A stretch of DNA of 64,000 nucleotides from a virus (lineage: Duplodnaviria; Caudoviricetes), in the IMG/VR virus record IMGVR_UViG_3300006056_000001, positions 1-64,000 of that record, one strand, 5' to 3'. This document shows, in pieces, positions 42,701 to 51,560 of this stretch; position 1 is the stretch's first letter; each line of letters starts with the position of its first letter. The notes beneath the pieces were generated by a model. The model made no database searches, had not been told where the DNA came from, and worked only from the letters and a program-made list of their open reading frames with translations. The translations under genes and the position numbers were made by a program.

Positions 42701-42835
42701 TATAGCAAAATCTACTCTGTCTATGTCACCTAAAGCAATAGGGTGATATGCTTCTACAAGAACATTGTAGAACTCTGAAGAAGAAGTCCTTCTAATTCCT
42801 GTTTGACTTATAACGCTACAAATTGGTAGTGGCAT
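39767..42835 (-). CDS. Beta-helix (pectate-lyase-like) putative depolymerase with C-terminal 20-aa repeats (1022 aa)
   Basis: TIYWDWNGGSDSNSGLTTSLPVKSFEKAAQ is the typical N-cap of PL9/DUF1565-type beta-helices; PHSDIFQF and NFIISNF/NILIRDS strands follow. Confidence 0.6.
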   Translation of the reverse strand: MPLPICSVISQTGIRRTSSSEFYNVLVEAYHPIALGDIDRVDFAISSNGGGSSTTSVTSRAMWYPNDSEYDDPLPGSWGGGPSPIWCFGIKIEMASYAAGYIDVIPTVYGGSGESVTLSTVRIYNDKDGTDRRPSPKTIYWDWNGGSDSNSGLTTSLPVKSFEKAAQLASTSNDCGGATIYVNAAGSHKVTGTNFGQNQELYTSGHHWLTVLPKAGLSRDDVKLISLASNEDLSNNWMYFKGTDSPGLRQARVRFSDITIVNPGFKVGPWSYGEMHIWIDHCISAPPAPFDQAVLGTGLHIRSIETVAGSVDIPNKKDMIDRIFVSGSIRRCTFGGGQWGDIVRGCWIDKFAGQVFQPQYRNSALVNILVTDIYQEVGVSGRFEAQGSFRIENIGTSRYRIQANAGYAGQDFVPALAYLSGSPVLGIRLENFTTSTNNNMAVGFLSGGYSGSLPWVDVITTGSANNLTPESDASATVTNGNLRVGNTTTNYNTWGPHSDIFQFIQTESYPVQNFIISNFAVFPAWETQGIFGSTSNMSGIAFVNYYDGGINDGPRSFYYASSSNITKNILIRDSYISRLEVSSTDLIENSEILDSVFGLLSASEGTMSSYTGQVNTQYNHFTGSLLIGGHASSGRYFSSTTPALSTDATVSATSTAYGTASTFWDRPTPWYENSKGPWLNVSLADWSFTETTGGGTSGNVIYTGAVSTSTSVIPSHTIRVRKDVNEIYSSSVIPPATYKERISVSSSTSNSVIPSISKNIQIALGQLSCSSVLPPSTVVIKPTIGVLYSTSVLPPITTYFSQVEFSTLVSNSILPASTYKVTISKNALENSSIIPAISLSTKTSVSSPDVNVLTVSSAGSNGNTTSVYILFGLDQVHVQSITAADVTVSTVIPIIVNINSFSLSISGSDVGVTYFNNPAPEVPDLDFNEGDKSFPPNQFFFSNEEEPEIEEDETVRIMKQLANINQDLVSLPSLDKQFWSQNIIENIRNVQFSKNVINLMTSNYKDLNKIKKDIASKTLKNK
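40310..40730 (-). repeat. Seven tandem ~20-aa protein repeats ending S-(V/I)-(I/L)-P
   Basis: TSTSVIP, YSSSVIP, TSNSVIP, SCSSVLP, YSTSVLP, VSNSILP, ENSSIIP with Pro-to-Pro spacing of 20, 20, 20, 20, 21 and 20 aa. Confidence 0.9.
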
Positions 42836-45800
42836 TAGTATGTATAATCACTGTTAGATATTTCCCTCATTTGTCTTTCAAGTAAATAAGGGTTATTTGA
42901 TGCAGATCTTTCTCTTATGGTAATATTAGAACTACCCGAGTTAGAAATTCTATAAGGACCAACAGAAGAAGGAGATAGATTTTCTCTTCTTCTAGATGCT
43001 GTAAAACTTTGATTAGTACCATAAACTTTAGCCGGCCTAGATGGGTATATAGGATCTGGAGCCAAATCTTCTGGCTGTCGGACATCTATATCTCTAGGCA
43101 TAGAAGGACCTGACATAAGAGAGACTAGTGCTCCTCCCATGACCGCTCCTGCTCCTAAGCCTGCTAAAAATTTATTGTTTGTTGCAAACTTCTTAGCTGC
43201 TAAATATTTTGATCCAGTCTTAGCTGCTTGTTTCTTTTCTTCATGTTCTAGAATAGTTTCAGCAAATTTGTTTTGTGCTATAGATTCTGGAGCACCTATT
43301 ACACCTCTCATTAGTCCTAGAAGCTCTTCGTCTTCTGTTCCTTCTTTTATAGTCTTTTGTAAAACACTTCTTATTGTACTAGGTTGTTTAGTAACAGAAG
43401 CACTAAGTACAGCTCCAACACCTACATAGGATCCTAGGAGTCTTGCAGTCTTTGAAATAACATTTGCTTCTGCTCTAGCCAGCTCTTCTTTAGAAGCTCT
43501 GGTTAGATCTCCTAGTAAAAGATCTGTAGTTTGTTTATCTAACATGCCTTTATTGGCCATCCAATCTAAGGCCATAAAAGCTCTTCCTTTTTCATTCTTT
43601 AAGAAGTCTTCAAACAGAGCAGATGCTTCTGTCTCTACTGTTTCTAAATCAAAAGAAGTTCTTCTATACTTTTGTCCAAGATTTATAAGTCCTTCGCCTA
43701 ATCCAGTTAGGCCCGCTTTTGTATGTCCCTTCTGAACTGCACCTTGGTACATGCTTTGCATTAACTGCTGTATTACAGATACTTTTTCTGGATCATTAAA
43801 TTTACTAACTATATTATCTATAATAGATGAAGGAATGCCTCTATCTAAAACACCCATTTTCTTGGCGCCTTCGGCACCATAAGCAGTTATGTTAGCCATG
43901 ATCTCATCAGAAGATCTTACCATACTGTATCCTAAAGATTTAGGCACACCAATAAAATCTTCTATATAATCTACTGCTTTAACAAAAGGTTTGGTAACTA
44001 AGTGGTTTACTAATTTTGACAATCTTCCTGCAGAAGTAGCAGAACTTGCTACTTCTAACTGTCTATTATAATACTTAACGAATGGACTAATTTTGCTAGT
44101 TTGTCTTGCAAATCTATCTTCTAAAGCTGTAGGATCTGCAAGCCCTTCCATAGAGATTAAGTTTACTACGTCACGGTCTATATCTCTTTCTACAGATCTA
44201 TGAAACAGTGGGTTTAACGTAATATTTAATTGACCAAAGAAAGAAGGAACACCAGATTTCTTGATGTGTATTTTTTGTAACATCATGTGTTCTGCTCTTT
44301 GAGCAGGATCCACACCTACTACTCCATAGAAATACCCTCGTTTCTTTACAGCATCTAATGTAGCTTTTCTATTTTCTGTGTTAGCAGGCCCTGATTTTCT
44401 TAGATACCAGTCTTTAAATCCTTCTTCACTTATATAAGAAGTATAAAATTTCTTAGGATCTAGTAAGTCTGACTTATTAAAGCCGCCTAATGTATCTGGT
44501 GAAATTCTTGCTCTAGTTCCAAATTTAATATGTAAGGTATTTGTTTTAGCAAAGATACCATCTCTTCCAGCTAAAGATTTTACAATACTACTATATTGTA
44601 AAGGACTAGATGAATCAAAACTTCTACCAGATTCTAGTTCTATTAATGACTTTAAGAACTCATGTCCGGTGTGTGACTTACCTACTGTGGTGTATCCGTG
44701 TGCTCCAGGAGTAGCTCTTAAGTACTGTAAGGGTATAGGTAAATATCTCATTTGTCTTTCTTCACCTAATACACTAATTTTTCTGGCGCTTCCTAAATCT
44801 AAGTAAGCCAGATCAGTATTTAATCCAAGAGCCGTATCTTTAAGTAAGTCTTTGTGTACTCCGCCTGTAGAATGAGCAAAAGCAGATATAGAAGGAAGTC
44901 TAGCTAATGGACTACCATTCAACTCTAGCCCACCCTTACCTAAGGTTAATATAGTAGATGAAGCATCTAAGCCAGGTGTTCCTAACAAAGCAGAGGCAAA
45001 TCTATGTAATGTGTGGTTTCTAGAGAGTGTTAATTGGTTAGATCCTTGTCTAATTCTTATTAAACCTTTTGACCAAACATCATGTTTAGAAGTTAATCCG
45101 GCAAACACAGGATCATCATATGAAGAAGAATAGCCAAGTAGTCTAGATGAATTAGCAAGAATTTGCATCTTAGATAGAGTCATTCTTACTCCTTTCATCA
45201 TATTTATATCACCCATGAAGTCCGATCTACGTCCTCCACGCATACCAAATATTTTGATTCCTTTGACTCCTTGTATTGGCAATGAGGCTTCTTCTCCATA
45301 TTCTACTCTGTTAGCAAGTAACTTTAAGGATAGATTATCACTTTTCTTCCATTCATTAAGCTTAGCAGTTGCTTGTAGGAATGCAGTGTTTGCATCTGTT
45401 ATTTCTGGAACATATGTTGATTTAGATCTTTGTACTTTTTCAACAAGATTGTTTCCAAAAGTATCTCTAAGTAATGCTTCTCCTTGAGGGTGTTGTCTTA
45501 ACTGATGTATGAAGTTTGTAGTTAGTACGTCTTGCCCGTGGGTCTTAGCAAACTCATCTGCTGCAATAACGTAGTCTACGCCTAGTCTAGATGCTAGATC
45601 TTTTAAATGACTTCTTCCTATTCTACCACCTGTAAATCTTCTTCCACCTACAACTGTTTCTATAGTCTCAGGTATGACTTTTTGTCCAGACAAGAAGCTT
45701 AATTCTATCTTATCTGGTGTCATTCTTATTTGATTTAATGTAGCTTGATTATTTGCTATTTGTAGTAGCAATCCTCTATTGTATCCTTTAGGTCCTAGTA

Positions 45801-47193
45801 TTTTTCTTATCAGTTTTTGTCTATCTGTTAAATCTCCACCAGATAGTGCTGCTCTAACATCTGCCTTTGTAAAGGCACTTGATGCATCTACTAATTGATC
45901 TCCTTTTGCAAGGTTCACTCCAAACAATTCTTCTATTGCAGATGTAACAGATGTATTAGGAGAAGAGATTTTCATCGTTCCTACGGGTGCTCGGAAAGCC
46001 AGTTTATTGGCTCCAGAAGCAGTCATGTAGGCGCCACCTTCTCCAAAGAGTAATCTAGAGTACTGTTCGTTTTCTAAGTCTACTACAGCTACTCTTAACA
46101 TCTGTTCATCAGCCATCTTAGACAACTGATGCAATCCTTTCTTAGCTGTGTGTTCTTCTATTAAAGTACCATATTTAGTAGCATATTCTTTTCCTGCTAC
46201 TAAGAACTTTTTCTTATTACCTAGGAAATCAGCCTTCCCATAGATGTAAGACTCGTCTAAACCTAAATGTTTTAAAAAGGTAGGTAAGGACTGGCTGAAA
46301 TACTCTTTTCTATATTGCTGTATAAGCTCTAGAGCTTCTGGTGTGTTAAGATCTTTATTTCTAGAAACTCTCTTAAGATCATTATACACAGATCTTCCAA
46401 CTGTCTTAGACATCATAGAGAATGCAGAGGTTGCTATTCTATATTTTGACAGTTTATCTGCGAACAGAAGGCCTTCGTCTGAATAACCTACAACCGCATT
46501 TAGGCTAGAGGCATATCCTTGTTCAAAAGGACTTTGTAGTCCTCTAGATGTTGTGCCTGATAGTGTTATAGAGCCTAATCTTAGATTATTAATATTAGGC
46601 ATGTCTTTAACAGACAGGCGGTAGTCTCTTATCTTATTTAAGGCTCCAGAAAGAGCTAAATGAGGATAGTCTCCTCGATAAGAATCTATAGACTGTGCTA
46701 TTAATTTTTCTGCACTAGAGTAATAAGTACTTAAATAACTTTTCCTTTCAAAAGAAGATTCTCCAGCATAGCCTACTAAAAGACTATTTACTTTTCTACT
46801 TCTGCCTCCTATATCAATTCCACCAAATGTATTAGCTGTTGGAAGGAACGCGGACCTTCCACTTGAGTATAAAAACAGAGCATTAGTCTTTTCGTTAAAA
46901 CCAACTTGCCCACCTACAGACTTTATTCTTTCAAATACATTTCTTGCTTCTTCTGGTACTAATCCTGACTTATGTAGTTTTTCAAACATAAAGTCAATAT
47001 TTTTACCAAAAGCTAGCTGACTTCCTTCTTCTAAATTATATGTATCTCCTTTTCTTAAGACATCCCTGTAAGAGCTAGTCTTACCCGCGCTTAGGATCTC
47101 TATAGCGGAAGCTTTCTCTTTAAACGTACTAGGCGGTCTTCCTAAGCCTAAAACATCTGTAATTGTTCTGTAGATAGGGTTATCTTGTGACAT
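42835..47193 (-). CDS. Putative single-chain two-barrel (DPBB) RNA polymerase-like virion protein (1452 aa)
   Basis: Beta-like motifs MLRVAVV...FGEGGAYMT (aa 365-391) and ETVVGGRRFT...GVDYVI (aa 512-543). Beta'-like motifs SLAGRDG...FGTRARISPD (aa 873-900) and ITLNPLFHRSVERDIDRD (aa 991-1008). Gly-rich hydrophobic C-terminal helix. Confidence 0.65.
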   Translation of the reverse strand: MSQDNPIYRTITDVLGLGRPPSTFKEKASAIEILSAGKTSSYRDVLRKGDTYNLEEGSQLAFGKNIDFMFEKLHKSGLVPEEARNVFERIKSVGGQVGFNEKTNALFLYSSGRSAFLPTANTFGGIDIGGRSRKVNSLLVGYAGESSFERKSYLSTYYSSAEKLIAQSIDSYRGDYPHLALSGALNKIRDYRLSVKDMPNINNLRLGSITLSGTTSRGLQSPFEQGYASSLNAVVGYSDEGLLFADKLSKYRIATSAFSMMSKTVGRSVYNDLKRVSRNKDLNTPEALELIQQYRKEYFSQSLPTFLKHLGLDESYIYGKADFLGNKKKFLVAGKEYATKYGTLIEEHTAKKGLHQLSKMADEQMLRVAVVDLENEQYSRLLFGEGGAYMTASGANKLAFRAPVGTMKISSPNTSVTSAIEELFGVNLAKGDQLVDASSAFTKADVRAALSGGDLTDRQKLIRKILGPKGYNRGLLLQIANNQATLNQIRMTPDKIELSFLSGQKVIPETIETVVGGRRFTGGRIGRSHLKDLASRLGVDYVIAADEFAKTHGQDVLTTNFIHQLRQHPQGEALLRDTFGNNLVEKVQRSKSTYVPEITDANTAFLQATAKLNEWKKSDNLSLKLLANRVEYGEEASLPIQGVKGIKIFGMRGGRRSDFMGDINMMKGVRMTLSKMQILANSSRLLGYSSSYDDPVFAGLTSKHDVWSKGLIRIRQGSNQLTLSRNHTLHRFASALLGTPGLDASSTILTLGKGGLELNGSPLARLPSISAFAHSTGGVHKDLLKDTALGLNTDLAYLDLGSARKISVLGEERQMRYLPIPLQYLRATPGAHGYTTVGKSHTGHEFLKSLIELESGRSFDSSSPLQYSSIVKSLAGRDGIFAKTNTLHIKFGTRARISPDTLGGFNKSDLLDPKKFYTSYISEEGFKDWYLRKSGPANTENRKATLDAVKKRGYFYGVVGVDPAQRAEHMMLQKIHIKKSGVPSFFGQLNITLNPLFHRSVERDIDRDVVNLISMEGLADPTALEDRFARQTSKISPFVKYYNRQLEVASSATSAGRLSKLVNHLVTKPFVKAVDYIEDFIGVPKSLGYSMVRSSDEIMANITAYGAEGAKKMGVLDRGIPSSIIDNIVSKFNDPEKVSVIQQLMQSMYQGAVQKGHTKAGLTGLGEGLINLGQKYRRTSFDLETVETEASALFEDFLKNEKGRAFMALDWMANKGMLDKQTTDLLLGDLTRASKEELARAEANVISKTARLLGSYVGVGAVLSASVTKQPSTIRSVLQKTIKEGTEDEELLGLMRGVIGAPESIAQNKFAETILEHEEKKQAAKTGSKYLAAKKFATNNKFLAGLGAGAVMGGALVSLMSGPSMPRDIDVRQPEDLAPDPIYPSRPAKVYGTNQSFTASRRRENLSPSSVGPYRISNSGSSNITIRERSASNNPYLLERQMREISNSDYTY

Positions 47194-50100
47194 TATCTTA
47201 GCCTGTCTTTAATTTCTCTAGTCTTGTCTAAAGTATATTCGCCTTCTAAGTATCTATTAGATCTATTAGGTGTAGAGAATCTTTTTATCTTAAAATTACC
47301 TTTAGATACTTTATAGTTTTGTTCCATGATAAAAGAGTCAAAATTTGAATACAAAGGAGACTGAACAAAGTTTATTTGTTGATTACCAAACTCTTTTAAT
47401 CTAGTTTTTAAATCTACTTCATGAGATTCATAGAAACCATATCTATGTATGTTATCAGAAACACCATTTATACCATGTTCTATAAATCTTAATCTAGTTG
47501 CTGCATTAGATATTTCAGGAGTCCATCCTAACCAAGAACTATCAGGAATCTGATTTTGATTGATAAAATCAAGTGCTATTTGGTCAGATTGATCTCTATC
47601 ATTAAAGTTACCTGCCCATGTTTGAGTTAATCCTCTAGTCATGAACTCAGGTAAACCTCTTAGTATTTGCGCTCGAATCTCTGGGTCTTCTTGAGACACA
47701 AAGTAGTCAAAATACTTACGGTCTGCAGATCTAGGTAGTGAAGCTCTATATCCTATAGTATTTTTTGCTCCAACCATTGTTCTATCTGCAAACTGTGGTC
47801 CTCCTCCTGCTTCTTGTATCATTCTGCCTTTTATATACCCTATGGTATCCATATACTCTATAGCATCATTTTCTTGACGTATATGATAAGGAAGAGAGTC
47901 TTCTCCTCCCATACCTACCATTCTTGCAGTGCTAAGGCCTGCTCCTAGGACAGCTCCTCCTTTAATAGCTCCTATGTTCACCATAGCGCCTCCAGTAGGG
48001 CCTACAATCGACTTAATAGGAGTGAACCACCTCATGGGTCCAGATAATAAGAACCCGAATGTAGCGCCTTTACCGGCTGCTGTAAGTGGGTCTTCTAAAG
48101 CAGTATCATAAAGGGCCGGTCGAATAACGTCTTCCCAAGGAGTATTCCAGGAAGCATATTCTGATCCTTCTACGTACATTTTTCTATACTGTTCGTATGG
48201 ACTTCTAAATGGAAAAAATTTACTACCTAAGTAAGGAATTTCTGCTAGGACATCATGTGTCAAGAAATCATATGCTTTTCTTACAGGAGCATAAATACTT
48301 TTTGCAATAGTATTCATGTTTAAAGCTATTAGGTCTTCTTCGTACCTTTTATATCTTGTGTCAACTCCAATAACTTCACTTCTATTCTCTATAGCTCTAT
48401 CTACTTTTTCTTTCCATTCATCTTCTAGCCCCATATTTAATACTATCTTTTCATATTTTTTATATGCCGCACTATAAGGAGCTACATCAGATAGTATCAA
48501 AAATTTATCAACATCGCTATAGACACCTGATCTTCCAGAGTGTAGTTTATTTAAGGCCTCGTATCCAACACCTGGTAATCTTGCTTCTCCATCCGCTATC
48601 TTAATAAATGGATCTCCCATATGGAAGTCAACAAAATAATCTCTATCTCTACCTCCTGTAGAATTAGATCCAGGAAGCCAACCAGGCATATTATTAAGTA
48701 TTGGATTGACCATTGCAGATCTTCTATACTCAGCACTATAATCAGAAAGCATATATCTTCTGATAAGCTCTGTTTGTCCAAACATTCCGTTTATAGCAGA
48801 GTCATATAGTAATCTACCGGGATCTTTCATTATGGCGCTTGTGGCATACTGTGTACCTATATCAGGACCAAAAGTAACACCAAAGAAGCTCATTGCAAAT
48901 TTATAAATACCTAGTGGCTCAGTAGCAATATTTGCTTGCTTAGCCATTGTATTTAAAAGACTCATTGGATCTTCTGCTTCGTAGGATGTAGCTGCCATAG
49001 CAGGCATACCGTACAACCTAGCTGTATTGGCAGTTAATCCTCTTTGTGCTAATCCTGCTTCTAGTAAAGGAAGTCTATCCGGCTCTCTATATCTAGTAGG
49101 CTTCATTAATTGACCAACTGTTGCACTTAATATTGGGCCAAATTCAGGGAACCTACTTAGATCAGATTCTGTGCTAATATAAGGTCTATCATTATAGTGT
49201 CTTTCTTCTAGCCTATATGGGTTGAGTATATTAAGTACTCCAAACAAGTTAGAAGGAGTAGGGAAAGGTATTCCAAAGACGTTCGCATGATAAGACCAAT
49301 ATTCTGACTTATCTCCATACATAGATTTTGTTCTATAATCAGAAGTCAGTTTATTATACCAACTAGATTCATATCTATCTGGTTTACCTCCAAAGAAAGG
49401 AAGGTAGCCTAATCCCCAAAGTCTACCTTTTCTGACAGGTACTTTTCTATCTCCACTATACTCTTCCATCAATTCTGATGGACTTTGGCCAGGATCTGGA
49501 CCTCCGATTGCTGCATATGTTCCTGCGCCAGCTAGTAATCCTTTTAAGAAACCTCCTCTTTTAAATACAGCATTTGCTGCAGCTATTGGAGCCCCAAGGC
49601 TTCTTAACACATAAGAACCATCTGAGTTAACAGATCCCGGGAAATAAGTGTCTAGGAAATTGCTAGCTGCGCCTATACCTGTTATTTGACGTGCATATTG
49701 TTGTGCAACTCTAGCTCCTGCATACAAAGAAGCAACTGCTTTTATAGGAGAGATTCCTGTGAACTTCTCTGTTAAATAATCTGCATATAAACCTGCTTGT
49801 TTAGCTGTTTCATATGCAACAGGTACTAAAGAAGACCGAATTAAGTTTTTTACAAAGCTATGATCTGGCTTCATTCCTATGCCTAATAAAGACTCTGACA
49901 TAAGACTATTCAAGCGATATAGTCCATACGTACTAACATCTCTTATACCATTCGCTGCCCTCTTTAATCTACTTCCGCCTTCTATGTCATAATAAGCATA
50001 TCTATTAGACACAGTAGGGAATCCTACTGCTGTTAGGTCTCCTTTGTCTATATCCGACATTAAGTTAACCATACTATTAGTCGTAATAGTTTTACCTGTG

Positions 50101-51560
50101 ACTTCATAACTTCCTTTCTTTACAGGTATGACTAAGTCTTGAGAAATTAAAGCTCCTCTTATATTTCTAGAATATTCCTGATAACTTCTTTTCTTGACTA
50201 TACTAACATCATCTACTATGTCAAATAGTACTCCTACTCTATTTGGGATTAACTTTGTAGAACCAGAAAGGTCTTGGAGTCTTGTTACTCTTCCTCCTCC
50301 CGGTACTTTAATATATCCTCCGCCTACTTTAGCTAGTTCTGGTAAGTCTCCTCCTAGAACGCTATCTAATACTTTAGATACAGCAAAATTATGCTTATAT
50401 GGATTATGCATAATAATACCTGTACCTTCTCTAAGAGACTTCAATCTCTTATAAGGGTTAATAGCAAGCTTTTCTATTAAAGTAGGTCTAGTAGAGAATG
50501 CAGGACCTATGCCTAAATTCTGCTCCATCCACCCTATTATTTTACCAAAAAATCCAGTTCTATTTGGTAAAGATATTTCTAATCTTCCTTGTCTAGATGC
50601 ATCTATTACTTCAAAAGGATTTCCGGTCTTTCTTAAAGACCTTTGTGTTCCTAGTAATGTTTCTTTATATTTTCCTGTAGAGGGGTTAAGACTATATCCA
50701 TAAACATTGCCTCCAATAAATACTCTGCTTCCGTTATAATTGTCTCCTGGTCCTAAGACTGCAATATTTCTAGGAGATCTAAATAAAGAACCAAGAACTT
50801 GGCCTTGACCAAACATATCAAATCTAGCAGATCTTTGATAAATAGTTTTTCCATTAATTTCTATAGGGGATACTGTACTTAATATGTTTCTAAGTCTGAC
50901 ATCTAGTACTTCTTTTCTTCCTTGATGTAAGAATATTTTAGAATCTAATATTTGATTAGATTGAACTAATCCAAGCTTATGTGCTTTTTCTACAATTCCA
51001 TATTGCTCTCCCCCTAATACACGAGACCAGTTCTTTTGATCAGAAAGAACGTCTCCAAAGGTAACCCTTTGTAAGGACTGAGGGAAGAAGCCGGTGTTGT
51101 TTCCATAATTAGCTAAAGCTCTATTTGTATACTCTACAGTCCTTTTTCCAATAGCGTCTGATATAGTCTGTCTATTATTTGATGCATTAAGGCCCATCAA
51201 CTCAATAGAGTTTCTTAAGTCATCTATAATATCTATAGGACCAAGATTGACTTGTTTCTTGTTAAAGTCATAATTAAAATCTAATAAAGATCTTAGTCCT
51301 GTAGTATTACCTTTTATAGCAGACTTTCCTGTATTAGCTGCTACATCTCCTTCTAAGTTTATTCCTTTTACCATTCCTAAGAAGTTAAATAGATTGTCAC
51401 TTAAACGTCCCCCATGGGCCAATCTACTTCTTAGTAATAACGCTCCAAGACCAATAGTACCTATACCTGCAACGAGAGGATTAATCCAATTGCGATTCTG
51501 TTGAATTGCATTAGTTCTTTCTACCTCTTTTTGCTGATTAATATAGTTACTATTATCCAT
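47193..51560 (-). CDS. Tape-measure-like protein (1455 aa)
   Basis: Follows the tube and chaperone genes; helical and Ala/Gly-rich, with several Gly-rich hydrophobic segments (LVAGIGTIGLGALLL, GLLAGAGTYAAIGG, GGAVLGAGLSTA). Confidence 0.65.
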   Translation of the reverse strand: MDNSNYINQQKEVERTNAIQQNRNWINPLVAGIGTIGLGALLLRSRLAHGGRLSDNLFNFLGMVKGINLEGDVAANTGKSAIKGNTTGLRSLLDFNYDFNKKQVNLGPIDIIDDLRNSIELMGLNASNNRQTISDAIGKRTVEYTNRALANYGNNTGFFPQSLQRVTFGDVLSDQKNWSRVLGGEQYGIVEKAHKLGLVQSNQILDSKIFLHQGRKEVLDVRLRNILSTVSPIEINGKTIYQRSARFDMFGQGQVLGSLFRSPRNIAVLGPGDNYNGSRVFIGGNVYGYSLNPSTGKYKETLLGTQRSLRKTGNPFEVIDASRQGRLEISLPNRTGFFGKIIGWMEQNLGIGPAFSTRPTLIEKLAINPYKRLKSLREGTGIIMHNPYKHNFAVSKVLDSVLGGDLPELAKVGGGYIKVPGGGRVTRLQDLSGSTKLIPNRVGVLFDIVDDVSIVKKRSYQEYSRNIRGALISQDLVIPVKKGSYEVTGKTITTNSMVNLMSDIDKGDLTAVGFPTVSNRYAYYDIEGGSRLKRAANGIRDVSTYGLYRLNSLMSESLLGIGMKPDHSFVKNLIRSSLVPVAYETAKQAGLYADYLTEKFTGISPIKAVASLYAGARVAQQYARQITGIGAASNFLDTYFPGSVNSDGSYVLRSLGAPIAAANAVFKRGGFLKGLLAGAGTYAAIGGPDPGQSPSELMEEYSGDRKVPVRKGRLWGLGYLPFFGGKPDRYESSWYNKLTSDYRTKSMYGDKSEYWSYHANVFGIPFPTPSNLFGVLNILNPYRLEERHYNDRPYISTESDLSRFPEFGPILSATVGQLMKPTRYREPDRLPLLEAGLAQRGLTANTARLYGMPAMAATSYEAEDPMSLLNTMAKQANIATEPLGIYKFAMSFFGVTFGPDIGTQYATSAIMKDPGRLLYDSAINGMFGQTELIRRYMLSDYSAEYRRSAMVNPILNNMPGWLPGSNSTGGRDRDYFVDFHMGDPFIKIADGEARLPGVGYEALNKLHSGRSGVYSDVDKFLILSDVAPYSAAYKKYEKIVLNMGLEDEWKEKVDRAIENRSEVIGVDTRYKRYEEDLIALNMNTIAKSIYAPVRKAYDFLTHDVLAEIPYLGSKFFPFRSPYEQYRKMYVEGSEYASWNTPWEDVIRPALYDTALEDPLTAAGKGATFGFLLSGPMRWFTPIKSIVGPTGGAMVNIGAIKGGAVLGAGLSTARMVGMGGEDSLPYHIRQENDAIEYMDTIGYIKGRMIQEAGGGPQFADRTMVGAKNTIGYRASLPRSADRKYFDYFVSQEDPEIRAQILRGLPEFMTRGLTQTWAGNFNDRDQSDQIALDFINQNQIPDSSWLGWTPEISNAATRLRFIEHGINGVSDNIHRYGFYESHEVDLKTRLKEFGNQQINFVQSPLYSNFDSFIMEQNYKVSKGNFKIKRFSTPNRSNRYLEGEYTLDKTREIKDRLR

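Noticed and set aside
33756-51560. Inteins or introns in the giant ORFs
   Set aside because: No recognisable intein N-terminal block paired with an HN-(C/S/T) junction, no LAGLIDADG/HNH motifs seen, and the reading frames are uninterrupted.
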